Shown here piece by piece: positions 26,101-37,859 of a stretch of DNA of 64,000 nucleotides. Source of the stretch: the human T2T-CHM13v2.0 reference genome, Homo sapiens; the NCBI RefSeq assembly GCF_009914755.1, contig NC_060926.1; one strand, written 5' to 3'. Below the pieces are notes generated by a model. That model worked only from the letters and a program-made list of their open reading frames with translations. It was not told the DNA's origin and ran no database searches. The stretch's first letter is position 1, and each line of letters starts with the position of its first letter. A program made the translations under genes and the position numbers.

Positions 26101-27995
26101 GAACTGAATGACAATAATGACACAACCTATCAAAACCTCTGGGATACAGCAAAGGAGGTGCTAAGAGAAAAGTTCATGGCCCTAAACGTCTACATCAAAA
26201 AGACTGAAAGAGCACAAACTGACATTCTAAGGTCGCACCTCAAGCAACTAGAGAAATGAGAACGAACCAAACCCAAACCCAGCAGAAGAAAGGAAATAAC
26301 CAAGATCAGAGCAGAATTAAGTGAAATTGAAACAAAAGAAATACAAAAGATAAATGAAACAAAAAGCTGGTTCCTTGAAAAGATAAATAAAATTGACAGG
26401 CCATTAGCAAGATTAACCAAGAAAAGAAGAGAGAAAATCCAAATTACCTCATTAAGAAACAAAATGGAAATATTACAGCTGAAACAACAGAAATACAAAA
26501 GATCATTCAAGGCTGCTATGAATACCTTTACACATAAACTGGAAAATCTAAAAGAGATGGATAAATTCCTGGAAAAATAGAACCCTTCTAGCTTAAATCA
26601 GGAAGAATTAGATACCCTGAACAGACTAACAACAAGCAGTGAGATTGAAGTGGTAATTTAAAACTCACCAACCACAAAAAATTCCAGGACCAGATGGATT
26701 CACAGCAGAATTCTACCAGACATTCAAAGAAGAATTGGTACCAATCCCATTGGCACTATTTTACAAGATAAAGAGGGAACCCTCCCTAATTCATTCTGTG
26801 AAGCCAGCATCATCCCAATACCAAAACTAGGAAAGGACATAATCAAAAGAGAAATCTATAGACCCATATCCCTGATGGACACAGGCGCCAAAATCCTTAA
26901 CAAAATACTAACTAACCAAATCCAAGAACATATGAAAAAGATAACTCACCATGGTCAATTGGATTTCATACCAGGGATGTAGAGATGGTTTAAGATATGC
27001 AAGTCAATAAATGTGACACACCATGTAAACAGAATTAAAAACAAAAATCACATGATCATCTCAATAAATGCAGAGAAAGCATTTGACAAATTCCAGCATC
27101 TCTTTATGATTAAAAATCTTAGCAAAATGTAATAAAAGCCATCTATGACAAACCCCGCAGCCAATATAGTGATGGGAAAAAGCTGAAAGCATTTTTTCTG
27201 AGACCTGGAACAAGACAAGGATGCCTACTGTTACCACTCCTCTTCAACATAGTACTGGAAGTCCTAGCCAGAGCAATCAGATGGAGAAAGAAATAAAGGG
27301 CATCCAAATAGGTAAAGAGGAAGTCAAACTGTCAGTGTTTGCTCACAATATGATCGTTTACCTTGAGAACCCTGAAGACTCCTCCAGAAAGCTCCTAGAA
27401 CTGATAAAATAATTCAGCAATGTTTCCAGATACAAGGTTAATGTACACAAATCAGTAGCTGTTCTGTACAGCAACAGTGACCAAGCAGAGAATATAATCA
27501 AGAACTCAACCCCCTTTACAATGGCTGCCAAAAAAAAAAAAAACCCAAAAACAAGCAAACAAAAAAACTTAGAAATATACCTAACCCAGGAGGCAAAAGA
27601 CTTCTACAAGGAAAACTACAAAACACTGCTGAAAGGGATTATAGGTGACACAAACAAATGGAAACACATCCCATGCTCATGGATGGGTAGAATCAATATT
27701 GTGTAAATGACCATATTGCTAAAAGCAACCTACAAATTCAATGCTATCCCCATCCATATACCACCATCATTCTTCACAAAATTAGAAAAAACAATTCTAA
27801 AATTCATGTGGAACAAAAAAAGAGCCTGCATAGCCAAACCAAGACTAAGCAAAGAGAACAAATCTGGAGGCATCACATTACCTGATTTCAAACTATACTA
27901 TAAGGCCATAGTCAACCAAACAACATGGTATTGGTATAAAAATAGGCACACAGACCAATGGAACAGAATAGAGAACCCAGAAATAAAGCAAAATA
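23138..27995 (+). mobile_element. L1PB (L1PBa 5' UTR, ORF1, most of ORF2), inactive, 3' end missing
   Basis: L1PBa-type 5' UTR (gaggacccacagaccctctgaaggaagc...); ORF1 remnants; ORF2 remnants; stops at gagaacccagaaataaagc with no 3' UTR or poly(A). Confidence 0.9.
25289..27995 (+). pseudogene. disrupted L1 ORF2 (endonuclease / reverse transcriptase)
   Basis: EN motifs SILTSNVN, ICCLQETHL, SDHSGIKLEI in the ORF track; RT FADD motif degraded to FAHN; multiple stops and frameshifts. Confidence 0.9.
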
Positions 27996-28589
27996 CCTGG
28001 CACATAATAGGTTTTTTAGTAAACATTTTTCAAATTAAATAGCTATTTAAGTAACATATGTATGAATAATTAAATAAGTGAATACAAAGTAACATACAAT
28101 TCAGTTTGGGATGAATTGTACAGATAATAATTACTGTAGAAGATCAAAGAACTTGGTAAGAGAGTTTGGAAGGGAGGTTAAGGTAATTTCATTGGACCTT
28201 GAAAGACATCTCAATTATAAATAAGAAATGGCTTTCTCTTTGAGATAAGGAACCCGCATTTGAGAAAAGACAGAGACATAAATGAATATGAGTATTCTTA
28301 GAATAATGAAGAAATGTATCTTGAACTGAAAGCTCTCTTTGGAATTGTAATAAGTAACTTTTAATCAGTACTAGTGGCATGCTGGAGGGATTGAATTTAT
28401 GAATGAATAGAATCAGGAAAACCTGTTATATTCTATGACAATGTAATAATAATCAGATAATATATTTAAGAACCAAGAGTTGAGAACCTAGGTTAAAGTA
28501 CTAGCAGTTAAAATGGAAATCAAAAAGTAAATTAGAAATTTGTGGGAAATAGCACAAGGAGTAAAATATAGTTAAACCAATAAATATTT

Positions 28590-29172
28590 CTACCACCCTA
28601 GTCCCAGCCATCAAAAATTTCCCTGTCAGTGGTCTTTGACTTGGTCTCTCTAGTATTAGACTTTCATTGCTTTATCTCTCAGTCCCACATCAGCTCACGT
28701 TGCTATAATAACCCCTATTCAAAACCCTCAAATAGCTTCCCATTGGTTTAACACATTAAATCCAAACTGTTAATACAGTCAACAAGGGCCTTTATGGTCT
28801 GGGCCAGAGTAATTCTCCAGATTCATTTCCCATCATTGCCCTGGCCCATGCTGCTCTGGCCACTTGGGCCTTCTTGCTGTGATGGGAATATGCCACCACT
28901 TTCTATCCTTGTGGTCTTAACCTAGAAGGCTTTTACCTAAAATATTTATGAGGCTGGCATCATCACTCCATTCAATGTTTAGTTCAAATGTTACTGCCCC
29001 AGGAAAGACTTATTTCATCACTCTATCAAAATTGATTAAAGTTCATATAGATTCACTTTCTATTCCCTTATCCTGATTTAATTTTCATCATAGATTTCTT
29101 CTTTCCATGGAAGCATGTTGTCGAGTTATTTATTGCCTTGCTGGTTATCTGAATCTTTCTCTACCTTTAGAA
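28590..29172 (+). mobile_element. L2a fragment
   Basis: taccaccctagtcccagccatc...attaaatccaaact...tgctctggccacttgggccttcttgctg...tagttcaaatgttact. Confidence 0.75.
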
Positions 29173-29340
29173 CAAGGGTTTCAAACCCCCAGGCCATGGA
29201 CTGGCACCTGTCCTTTGCCTGTTAGGAGCCAGGCCGCAGAGCCGGAGGTGAGCTGTGCTCACTGGCACATGACCACTTGAGCTCCGCCTTCTGTCAGATC
29301 AGCGGCGGCATTAGATTCTCACTGGAGCACAAACCCTATT
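29173..29340 (+). mobile_element. MER1B, 5' half
   Basis: caagggtttcaaacccccaggccatggac...gcctgttaggagcc...ctgtcagatcagcggcggcattagattctca...aaccctatt. Confidence 0.9.
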
Positions 29341-31330
29341 ATGTTCGTTAGGGAAGATGGCTTGTAGTTTTCTTTTCTCATTGTGCCTTTGTCAGGTTTT
29401 GGTATCAAGGTGATGCTGGCTTTGTAGAATGAGTTAGAGAGGAGCCCCTCCTCCTCAATTTTTTGGAATAGTTTCAATAGAATCGATACCAGTTCTTCCT
29501 TTGTATGTACAGTAAAATTTAGCTGTGAGTCCATTTGATCTGGGGCTTTTTTGGTGAGTAAGTTTATATACTACTGACTCATTTTCAGAACTCTATAATT
29601 ATCTGTTCAAGGTTTCAATTTCTTCTCATTCAATCTCTGGAGGTTATGTGTTTTCAGGAATTTATTCATTTCCTCTAGATTTTCTAGTTTGTGTACATAG
29701 AGGTGTTCATAATAGTCTGTGAGGATCTTTTGTGCTTCTGTGGGATTGGTGTTAATGTCACCTTTGTCATTTCTGATGATGCTTATTTGGATCTTCTCTC
29801 TTTTCTCTTTGCTAATTTAGTTAGCAGTCTTGGTTTTGTTTTTCATTTCGAAGACATAACTTTTGATTTTATTGATTCTTTGTATACATTTTTGGGTCTC
29901 AATTTCATTCAGTTCTGATCTGATTTTAGTTATTTCTTTTCTTCTGCTAACTTTAGAGTTTGTTGTTCTAGTACCTCTAGGTGTGGTGTTAGATCATTAA
30001 TTTGAAAATCTTTCTAACTTTTTGAGGTAGGCATTTAGTGCTATAGGCTTTCCTCTTAACACTGCTTTTGCTGCATCCCAGATATTTTTAATGTTGTGTC
30101 TCTGTTTTCATTTATTTCAAAGAATACTTATTTCTGCCTTAATTTAGTTATTCACCCAAATGTCACTGGGTTGTTTAATTTCCATGTAATTGGGTGTGGT
30201 GGCTCATGCCTGTAATTCCAGCACTTTGGGAGGCTGAGGCAGGTGGATTGCTTGAGTCCGGGAATTTGAGACCAGCCTGGGCAACGTGGTGAAACCCTGT
30301 CTCTATAAAAAATATAAAAATTAGTCAAGTGGTGGCATGTGCCTGTAGTGCCAGCTATTTGGGAAGCTGAGGTGGGAAGATTGCTTGGACTGGGGAAGTC
30401 AAGCCTGCAGTCATCTGTGATGATGCCACTGTACTCCAGCCTGGACGACAGAGCGAGACCCTGTCTGAATAATAATAATTATAATAATAATAATAATAAA
30501 TAATAATAATAATATCCATGTAATTCTGAGATTTTGAGAGATCTTTTTAGTATTGAGCTCTATGTTTATTCCACTGTGGTCTGAGGGTATGTTGGCATTA
30601 TATCAATTTTTTTGCATTTATTGAGACCTGCTTTTCGGCTGAGCATGTGGTTAATCTTAGAGTATGTTCCATGTGCAGGTGAGGATAATGTGTATTCTGT
30701 GGCTGACAGGTGGAGTGTTCTGTAGATGTCTATTAGGTCTGGTTGATCATGGGTCAAATTTAAGTCCAGGATTTCTTTGTTAGTTTTCTGCTTTGGTAAT
30801 CTGTCAAATGCTATCAGTGAAGTGTTGAAGTCCTCCACTATTATTTTGTAGCTAAGTCTTTTCATAGGTCTAGAAGTTCTTGTTTTATTAATCTGGGTGC
30901 TGCAATGTTGGCTATGTATCTATAGAGGATAGTTAAGTATTCTTGTTGAATTGAACCCTTTAGCATTATACAGTGCCCTTTGTCCTTTTTAATTGTTGTT
31001 TGTTTAAAGTTTGTTTGATATAGGAGTAGTGACCACTGTTCTTTTTTGTTTTCCATTTGCATGATCGATCTTTCTCTACCCCTTTATTTTAAACCAATGG
31101 CTGTCGTTATATTTGAGATGGATCTCTCAAATACAACAGATGGGTGGGTCTTTTTTTTTTTAATTCCACCTTGCAACTCTGTGCCTTTTATTTGGGGGTG
31201 TTTAGCCATTTACATTCCTCATTAATATTGATATGTGACCTTTTGATCATATCATGAACTTGTTAGCTGGTTGCTTTATACTTTCTACTGTGTGGTTGCT
31301 TTTTAGGCTCTGTGGGCTATGTACTTATGT
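29341..31330 (-). mobile_element. L1 (L1P4/L1PB-age) ORF1-end to ORF2 5' half
   Basis: Minus ORFs give KEELVSILLKLFQKIEEEG...ENYKP and DLIDIYRTLH...AHGTYSKINH; interrupted by an Alu. Confidence 0.9.
30192..30509 (+). mobile_element. AluJb with (AAT)n tail
   Basis: TSD taatttccatgtaatt (30176-30191) / taatatccatgtaatt (30510-30525). Confidence 0.9.
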
Positions 31331-31334
31331 GAAT

Positions 31335-32234
31335 ATTTGCTTATTTTTTAAATCATCTGTTGATGGATGTTTGGGTTGGTTTTAGTTCCTAGCTTTTGTG
31401 AATAAAGTTTTTATAAACATTTATAAGTATTTATGTAAAAATACTTTTCTTGAAGAATATTTGCATTTCTCTTTAACACTATGAAAGGAATTGCTGAATC
31501 ATATGGAAGGTGTATTTTTTAATGGGTAAGAAATTTCCAAACTGTTTCCCTAACTGGTTGTGGAATTTTACACCCCCATCCATAACAGTAATATGTAATA
31601 GTTTCAGTTATTCAAAATCTTTGTCAACACTTTGTATTGCCCTTTACTTTTAAAATTTTTATTATAGTGGGTGTAAAGTTATATATCATTGTGGTTTTAA
31701 TTTGCATTTCCCTAATTAATGATATTGATCATCTTTAGTGTTTGCTTATTTACCATTTGTCTATTTTATTTTATAAAGTGCTTGTTCTAGCCAAGTCCCT
31801 ATTTTTCTTGTTTTTGAACCACATGAGTTCTTTTTGTATGTGTATGTGTATGTATATACATATATATATTCTCAAATATATATCTCACAGTCTATGCCGT
31901 GTTAAAAATATCAAATAGCGTCTTCTGAAGACCAGATATTTTTTATTTTAATAGAGTCCAATTTTTCAATATATTTTTACAGTTTGAGTTTTGTGGTGCC
32001 ATTTCTAATAATTTTCTACCTGCCTCAAATTATGAGGATTTTATGTTTCTCCTAAATATTTTTAATTTTTAGTTTTCATGTTTCACCTCATGACTCATTT
32101 TCAATTAATTTAATTTTCTTGGATGAGGTACTGTTTGGTATTCATTTATTTTTCATATAGAATTCTAGTTGTTTGTTCAAATGACAGGTATCTTCATTGA
32201 ATTACTTTGGCAACTTGTCAAAAATCAGTTGATG
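31335..32234 (-). mobile_element. L1ME-type ORF2 3' region
   Basis: catctgttgatggatgtttgggttgg, ggaattgctgaatcatatgg, cattgtggttttaatttgcatttccctaat. Confidence 0.75.
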
Positions 32235-33975
32235 ACTTCTGGTTTAAGATCTGACATGTAAGGAGCATGGATGTTATTACTCTCCTGTCCTCACAATGAG
32301 AAAAAAAGCAAACAAAGTAAAAATTAATGACTTCTTCTAGATATCAGATAACTGAGGTCACAGAGCAAACCACCACTCTGGAAAGATGAGTGACCTGAAT
32401 GCAATCACAGTTGAGATCAGCTAGAGTGAAGCAGAAACTCTTGGAGGCAGAAACAAGTGGTAACACTTCTATGGTAATTTTGAGGAATTGCTGGAGTCTG
32501 AGTGTAGACTAACTTGATGGTTAGAATTTCTGGGGGCCTAGTTTTGGAGAAAATATTAATAAATGTCCTTCACATCATTAATCATTAGAGAAATGCAGAT
32601 TAAAACCACAATGAGATATAACTTTACACTCACTATAATAACAATTTTAAAACTAAAACAATTGACAATACCAAGTGTTGACAAAGGTTTTACTAGAGGT
32701 AAGACCCATGAAAGGATGAGACCCCCCAACCTCTTAAAACTAGGCCCCACTAGGTTCTCACAGAAAATATCAGAGAACAAAATCTCCTCTCTTTCGGGCA
32801 AGAAAAAGATAAAATTAGACAGTTTTAAATACACCTAGAAAATTCTCCATAAAAATGCCTGCCTCCCAAAGGAAACCACTTTACCTGAATTTTATCTGAC
32901 ATGAAGCAAGGACAATTAGACAACTATAGCCTCCTCGAGCTTTTCTCTCTTACATAGAAGAAAGAAAAATGGCTAGTAAATGACTCTGGCCCACTAAAAA
33001 GCTGAGATTCAGTCATAAGATTATAGAATGCTTCTGTTTGTACCACATCAACAGGGCTCCAGTATAGCAGTAGATTACAGCTGACAGAACTGCAAGACAC
33101 AGATTCAGTTTAAGAAGGAGGTCTGAGAGAAACCCCAAAACAACAGGAGGTAAAAAACAAGCAAACAAAAGAACAAAGAAACTAGACAAAACTGAAGACT
33201 CTTGCATCTACATTCACTGCAAACATTAAATACCACTAAGCTCCTAGCCAGGTGTAATGTAAAAACCTCACATTAAAAACTTAGTTAACTCAGTTTCTGC
33301 TAATTGACACATTATGTTCAGCTTTCAACAAAAAATTAAGTAAGGAGACGAAACAAGGATCAGAACTAGACTCAGGTATGACATAGATTTTAGAATTATC
33401 AGATAGAAAATTTACAATAACTATGATGAATACATTAAGGGTTCTAGTGGGAAGAGTTGACAATATTCCAGAATAGATGTGTGATATAAGCATTGGGAAC
33501 AATGAAAACTCCACGAAGAAAATCAAAAGGAAATGCAAGAAATAAAAAGCACTGTGACAGAAATGAAGAATGCCTTGGATAGGTTCATCACTAGATTAGA
33601 CATGACTCAGAAAACAATCAGTGAGCTTGAAGATATGTCAATAGAAACTTATCAACTGAAATGCACAGAGTAAAACAAACAAAAAGATCACTCCAAACCA
33701 GAACAGAATATCCAGGACCTGTAGGACCAATACAAAAGGTGTTACATACCAGTCATCGATATACCAGAAAGAGTAGAAAAACAGAAAAGAGAAGAAGAAA
33801 TATTTAAAACACTAATGGCTGAGAATTGTCCAAAAATAATATTATTTATTACCAATGTACCACACTCATGCAAGATGTAAACAATAGGAGAACCTGTGTT
33901 TATAAGGCAGAAGGTGTATGAGAATTCTCTGTGCTGTCCTGTATTAGTTTTTTAAACAATATTTCTTTAAAGTTT
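32235..33975 (+). mobile_element. L1MC element (L1MCa 5' UTR + ORF1 5' part joined to an L1MC 3' end)
   Basis: gacttctgg...ctgacatgtaaggagc...tcctcacaa; ORF1-like acagaaatgaagaatgcc...gagaattgtccaaaa; then aatgtaccacactcatgcaagatgtaaacaatagg. Confidence 0.7.
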
Positions 33976-33989
33976 TAAGTTTTACTATT

Positions 33990-35360
33990 TTATAGTTTTT
34001 GCCTTAGCAACTAAATTCTTTCCTCTACATACAATTTGCCATTTATTATCTCTTTGCTTCAGCTAGAACAACAACCCTTAGTGTGTCTTATAGTGCATGT
34101 CTGCTGTTGACAATTTCTTTCATTTTTTAAATTCATCTGAAAATGTCTATTTCATACTTGTTTTAAAAAGACATTTTGTTGAATATAAAATTTACATGAA
34201 ATATGAATGTCAAAATATATGAATCATATATGAATTTTATATGATATATTTTATGATTTTCCATTTACTTTTGGTTTTCACCATTTGCCTATCTAGGTGC
34301 GATTTTCTTTGTATTGATTCTGCATGGGGTTCTCTTCTTATATAATCAAATTACTGTTAGCCCTAAAGTTAGTTAAATTTTTGACTATTTTGCCTTCAGA
34401 TATTTTTTCTGCCCTAGTCCCAATCTCCTTTTTTTCTGTGACTCCAGTTATATATATAGAGAGAATGTTTGCTAAGTCCAACAGCTCAATTATCTTGTCC
34501 ATTCTTTATCTCCTTTTTTTAAAAAAAATTCTCATTTTTTTGCATGCTTAGTAATGTTTACTGTTTACTGTATAGTAGATAATACGTTAAAGAGAAATTA
34601 TATTCTCTTTAACGGAATGATTTAAAGGAATGATGGTTCCTTTTTAACAAGAAGTTATTCTATAGGATGATCAACCTGAATGTGTGTATTTTTAGTTTCG
34701 TTAGCGTGCATCATTGGAAACTCAACATATTTTTAAAAGCTCCTCTATACATTGTATAATTTAAATTGCAAACTTTGTCTTTTCTGTGAATTTTGTCAGT
34801 GTTCATTTTAGGTATTGTGATGGTGGATCTAGAGTAACTTTTACTCTGCAATATAGTTTTCACTTCTAAGTGAAATATTCAAAGGTGTAGATTTTATTGT
34901 GTTTTATTTGGATAGCGATGGTGTGAACAATGTCTGTCTACTCTGGCCGCTACAACATTCCAAAGTCTCCTACTCTTAACCCCATGGTAGTCATTTGCTA
35001 ATAAACCTCATGTGGTCTCACCCTGTGTATGCATATCCAAACTTTGGCTGAGGACTCATGGGGAACTTCCACACAGATTTTTAAAACCCACCTCAATCGA
35101 CACCAGTTGTCTCTAGTTTCCTCCCATGAAGATTTCTGCAGCCTCTGCAACTCAAACTCCTATGTTTGTCTCCTTAGTTTAGCAGACCACTGTGCCCTGC
35201 TTGGGCTTCATTTATCTGTGCTATTTTTGGGAAATTGTCTCTGTGGATAGAACTAAGAAAAACATGGGGCTTCCTTATCTCTGTGACTTTGTCCAATTTT
35301 ATATTTGTTTACGGTAGGACAACTTCAGTATCAGGTACTGTTATAACTAGAAGTCAAAGC
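33990..35360 (-). mobile_element. L1ME-type ORF1/5' UTR
   Basis: cccttagtgtgtcttatagtgcatgtctgctgttgacaatttc, ccttcagatattttttctgccc, terminal ataactagaagtcaaag. Confidence 0.6.
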
Positions 35361-35384
35361 CATATGTCTTATATTATTATATTT

Positions 35385-35770
35385 GAATTGAGTATAATTT
35401 GTCTTCAACTTTATTGTAAACCCCTACAGACAAACACTAATTCTTATATTTTATTTGAAACTCCCAGAACCTTGGCATTCGGTGAACATATATTTGTTTC
35501 TTTATTCATTCATTAAGTTATTTTACAACCTTTTATTAAGTACCTACCATGTGCCAGACATGGTCCTACGTCCTTACAGGGGAAAATTAACACAGGACTT
35601 CCACCTATATTAGCTCATAACCTAATTGAAGATGGGCTGTATTTTGTGGAATAGATATGTAAATTAGTTCTTAAAAAACAATATAGTTTATAGCTATAAA
35701 ATACAATAGAGGGAAAATAGATTAAATCATTTCTCCTGGATAGTCAGAGATAGCACTGTATTGCAGGTGA
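35385..35770. mobile_element. two L2 3' ends, tail to tail
   Basis: ctcccagaaccttggcattc...atatttgtt (+), then attcattcatt...tttattaagtacctaccatgtgccagaca (-). Confidence 0.55.
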
Positions 35771-36695
35771 TTAAAAATTCAGATTTAATTGAATTATCCA
35801 ACATATGAATATAAATCGTTTTTTAGAGAATAAGGCGACATCAAAATAAGTTTATGCAAAATTAGCAAAAAGAATAATCTTATGACAATATTGCAGGGTG
35901 ATACTATCGATAGTTACCCATTATGTTGGTGGAGGAAAGGATTCGTTTTATGTTTCTGAAGAAAATGAGGCATCAGTGAGTAACATCCTTTCAAATTTGC
36001 AGTTTTTTTCCATAGCGCATGAATGGTCTTGTTCTCATAGCTTTTGTTTTCTGCCATTTTGCAGTGTGTCGTTATTAATTTTTGTGCTATTTAGTTTCTT
36101 CCAAAGTGTAGTAAAGTATCAATTAATATTTTATTATCTCAGAAGTGCTTGTTTCTGTGATGAGATTTGCAATGCTTCTGTAGTTGGCTTTGCATATAAT
36201 TGGCACTGTCCTAGTCACTGCTACTCTGATTGATGCTATAGGCGTTGAAGGCATGTGGCAAAAGGGAATATAAAAGGGAATATGGGATAAAAATCATGAA
36301 CAAACATACTTCATTTTCAGGTTTCATGATTATGTTAGAAACTGCTGTGTGTACAATCAATTAATCATCAACATGTAAGTGCCTGTTATTTGGGAGATGT
36401 AAAAAAGAAAAGTATCAAACATAACTTTGCCCTTCAAGGAGGACTTACAAAGCTTTCATAATCAATATTAGTTGAGAAAGCAAAACACCTGCAGGAAAGA
36501 GCCCTGAATGTATTCATTAAATATATTGCACATGTTCAGTGAGCAAAACATTATGGAAGATGCTGAGAAGCTAACAAAGAGGAGTAAGACAGAATATGTG
36601 TCTGGAAGATGCTTACAGTCTGGCAGAGTAGACAGATATGCAAGTAAATTGTTACAACACAATGCATAATGAAATACGTGTTAAAGCAACAAAGA

Positions 36696-36890
36696 AATTA
36701 TTGAGTACTTATATATTCCATTCATTAGCTCACTTAATCCTCAATGCAACCTATGATTTAAGTACATTATTATTTCCATTTTACAGATTGGAACACTAAG
36801 GTATACAGGTATGTGAAGTAACTTACTCAAGATAACCACCTAGTAAGTGACAGAGCTAGTGTATGATTTCAGGCAGCTTGGTTTCCACAT
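36696..36890 (-). mobile_element. MIR
   Basis: ctcacttaatcctca...ccattttacagattggaacactaagg...aagtaacttactcaagataaccacctagtaagtgacagagc. Confidence 0.8.
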
Positions 36891-37404
36891 TCTACAAATA
36901 AAGTTATAATGTGACGCATAAAAGGAAGCAATTCATTCTTAGAGTATAATGCTGAGAGACTTGAAAATATTATAAGCCACGTTATCTTCATGGGTTAATT
37001 GTTAGTGATAAGGTATAAGTTGTCTCCAACTGCATGGAGAATACACAGATATAGAAAATATAACCATCTTCTGTTCTCAAAGCTAACACAAATTCTCATG
37101 CCACCGTAGAGTAGAAAGGAGCCCAGGATTCCTATATCTGCTACCTACCCACTACCTCCCTAAAAGATCAAGGATTACTGCAAACTATCACTCAAGACCA
37201 CTCAAGTCCCCTAAGACTTATTTTTCCAAAACCTTATAATTATTTAGTCAGTTCCTTAGATCCTTTTATCCAAGTTTTACCTCTAGAGCACACATATCTC
37301 TCCAGTCAGCAGAAATATTTATTCCTCTTTATAAATTATTAAATTAACTTTATGGCTTAAAACTAAGTATCTCATGAATTTTGTTATCATGAATTAGAAA
37401 TAAG

Positions 37405-37600
37405 TCTGTATAATGCTTTATAGTGTTCTTCTACATAAATTATCTTATTTAATTTCCATAACAGTGTAGTATGTTAGGGAAGGTTGATATTAACACCTCA
37501 ATTTTAACCATGAGGAACTGAAGACTTAGGAAAGTTTGAACAACTTTCTTGAATTCATATGGCTGTGTGTTGTTAGGCTTGACTTAGAACTAATCCAGCC
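37405..37600 (-). mobile_element. MIR
   Basis: attatcttatttaatttccataacag...attttaaccatgaggaactgaagacttagg. Confidence 0.65.
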
Positions 37601-37859
37601 TACTCTTTTTTTCTCTCTCTCTTTCTCTCTTTTCTGCTGCCTAGGGCCTGATGATACCTGGGTGTTCAGAAGAATTTGAGTTTATGAAAGTGCAAATGTG
37701 GTTATCACAGCTACAATGGTGGTGAATTCATTAGGGCACAGCCACTCCATGAGACCTGGCCTAAAGTAGGCATCCAGGCAGCCTCAGTCATTTGTTAGTA
37801 TTGTCACAAGTGGCTGAGAACTTCACTATGATAGATTAGAGATGGGAGTGTGTGAACTT

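Noticed and set aside
23138-27995. Possibly active L1 / reverse transcriptase system
   Set aside because: ORF1 deletion, many stops and frameshifts, RT catalytic motif mutated (FAHN), 3' end missing.
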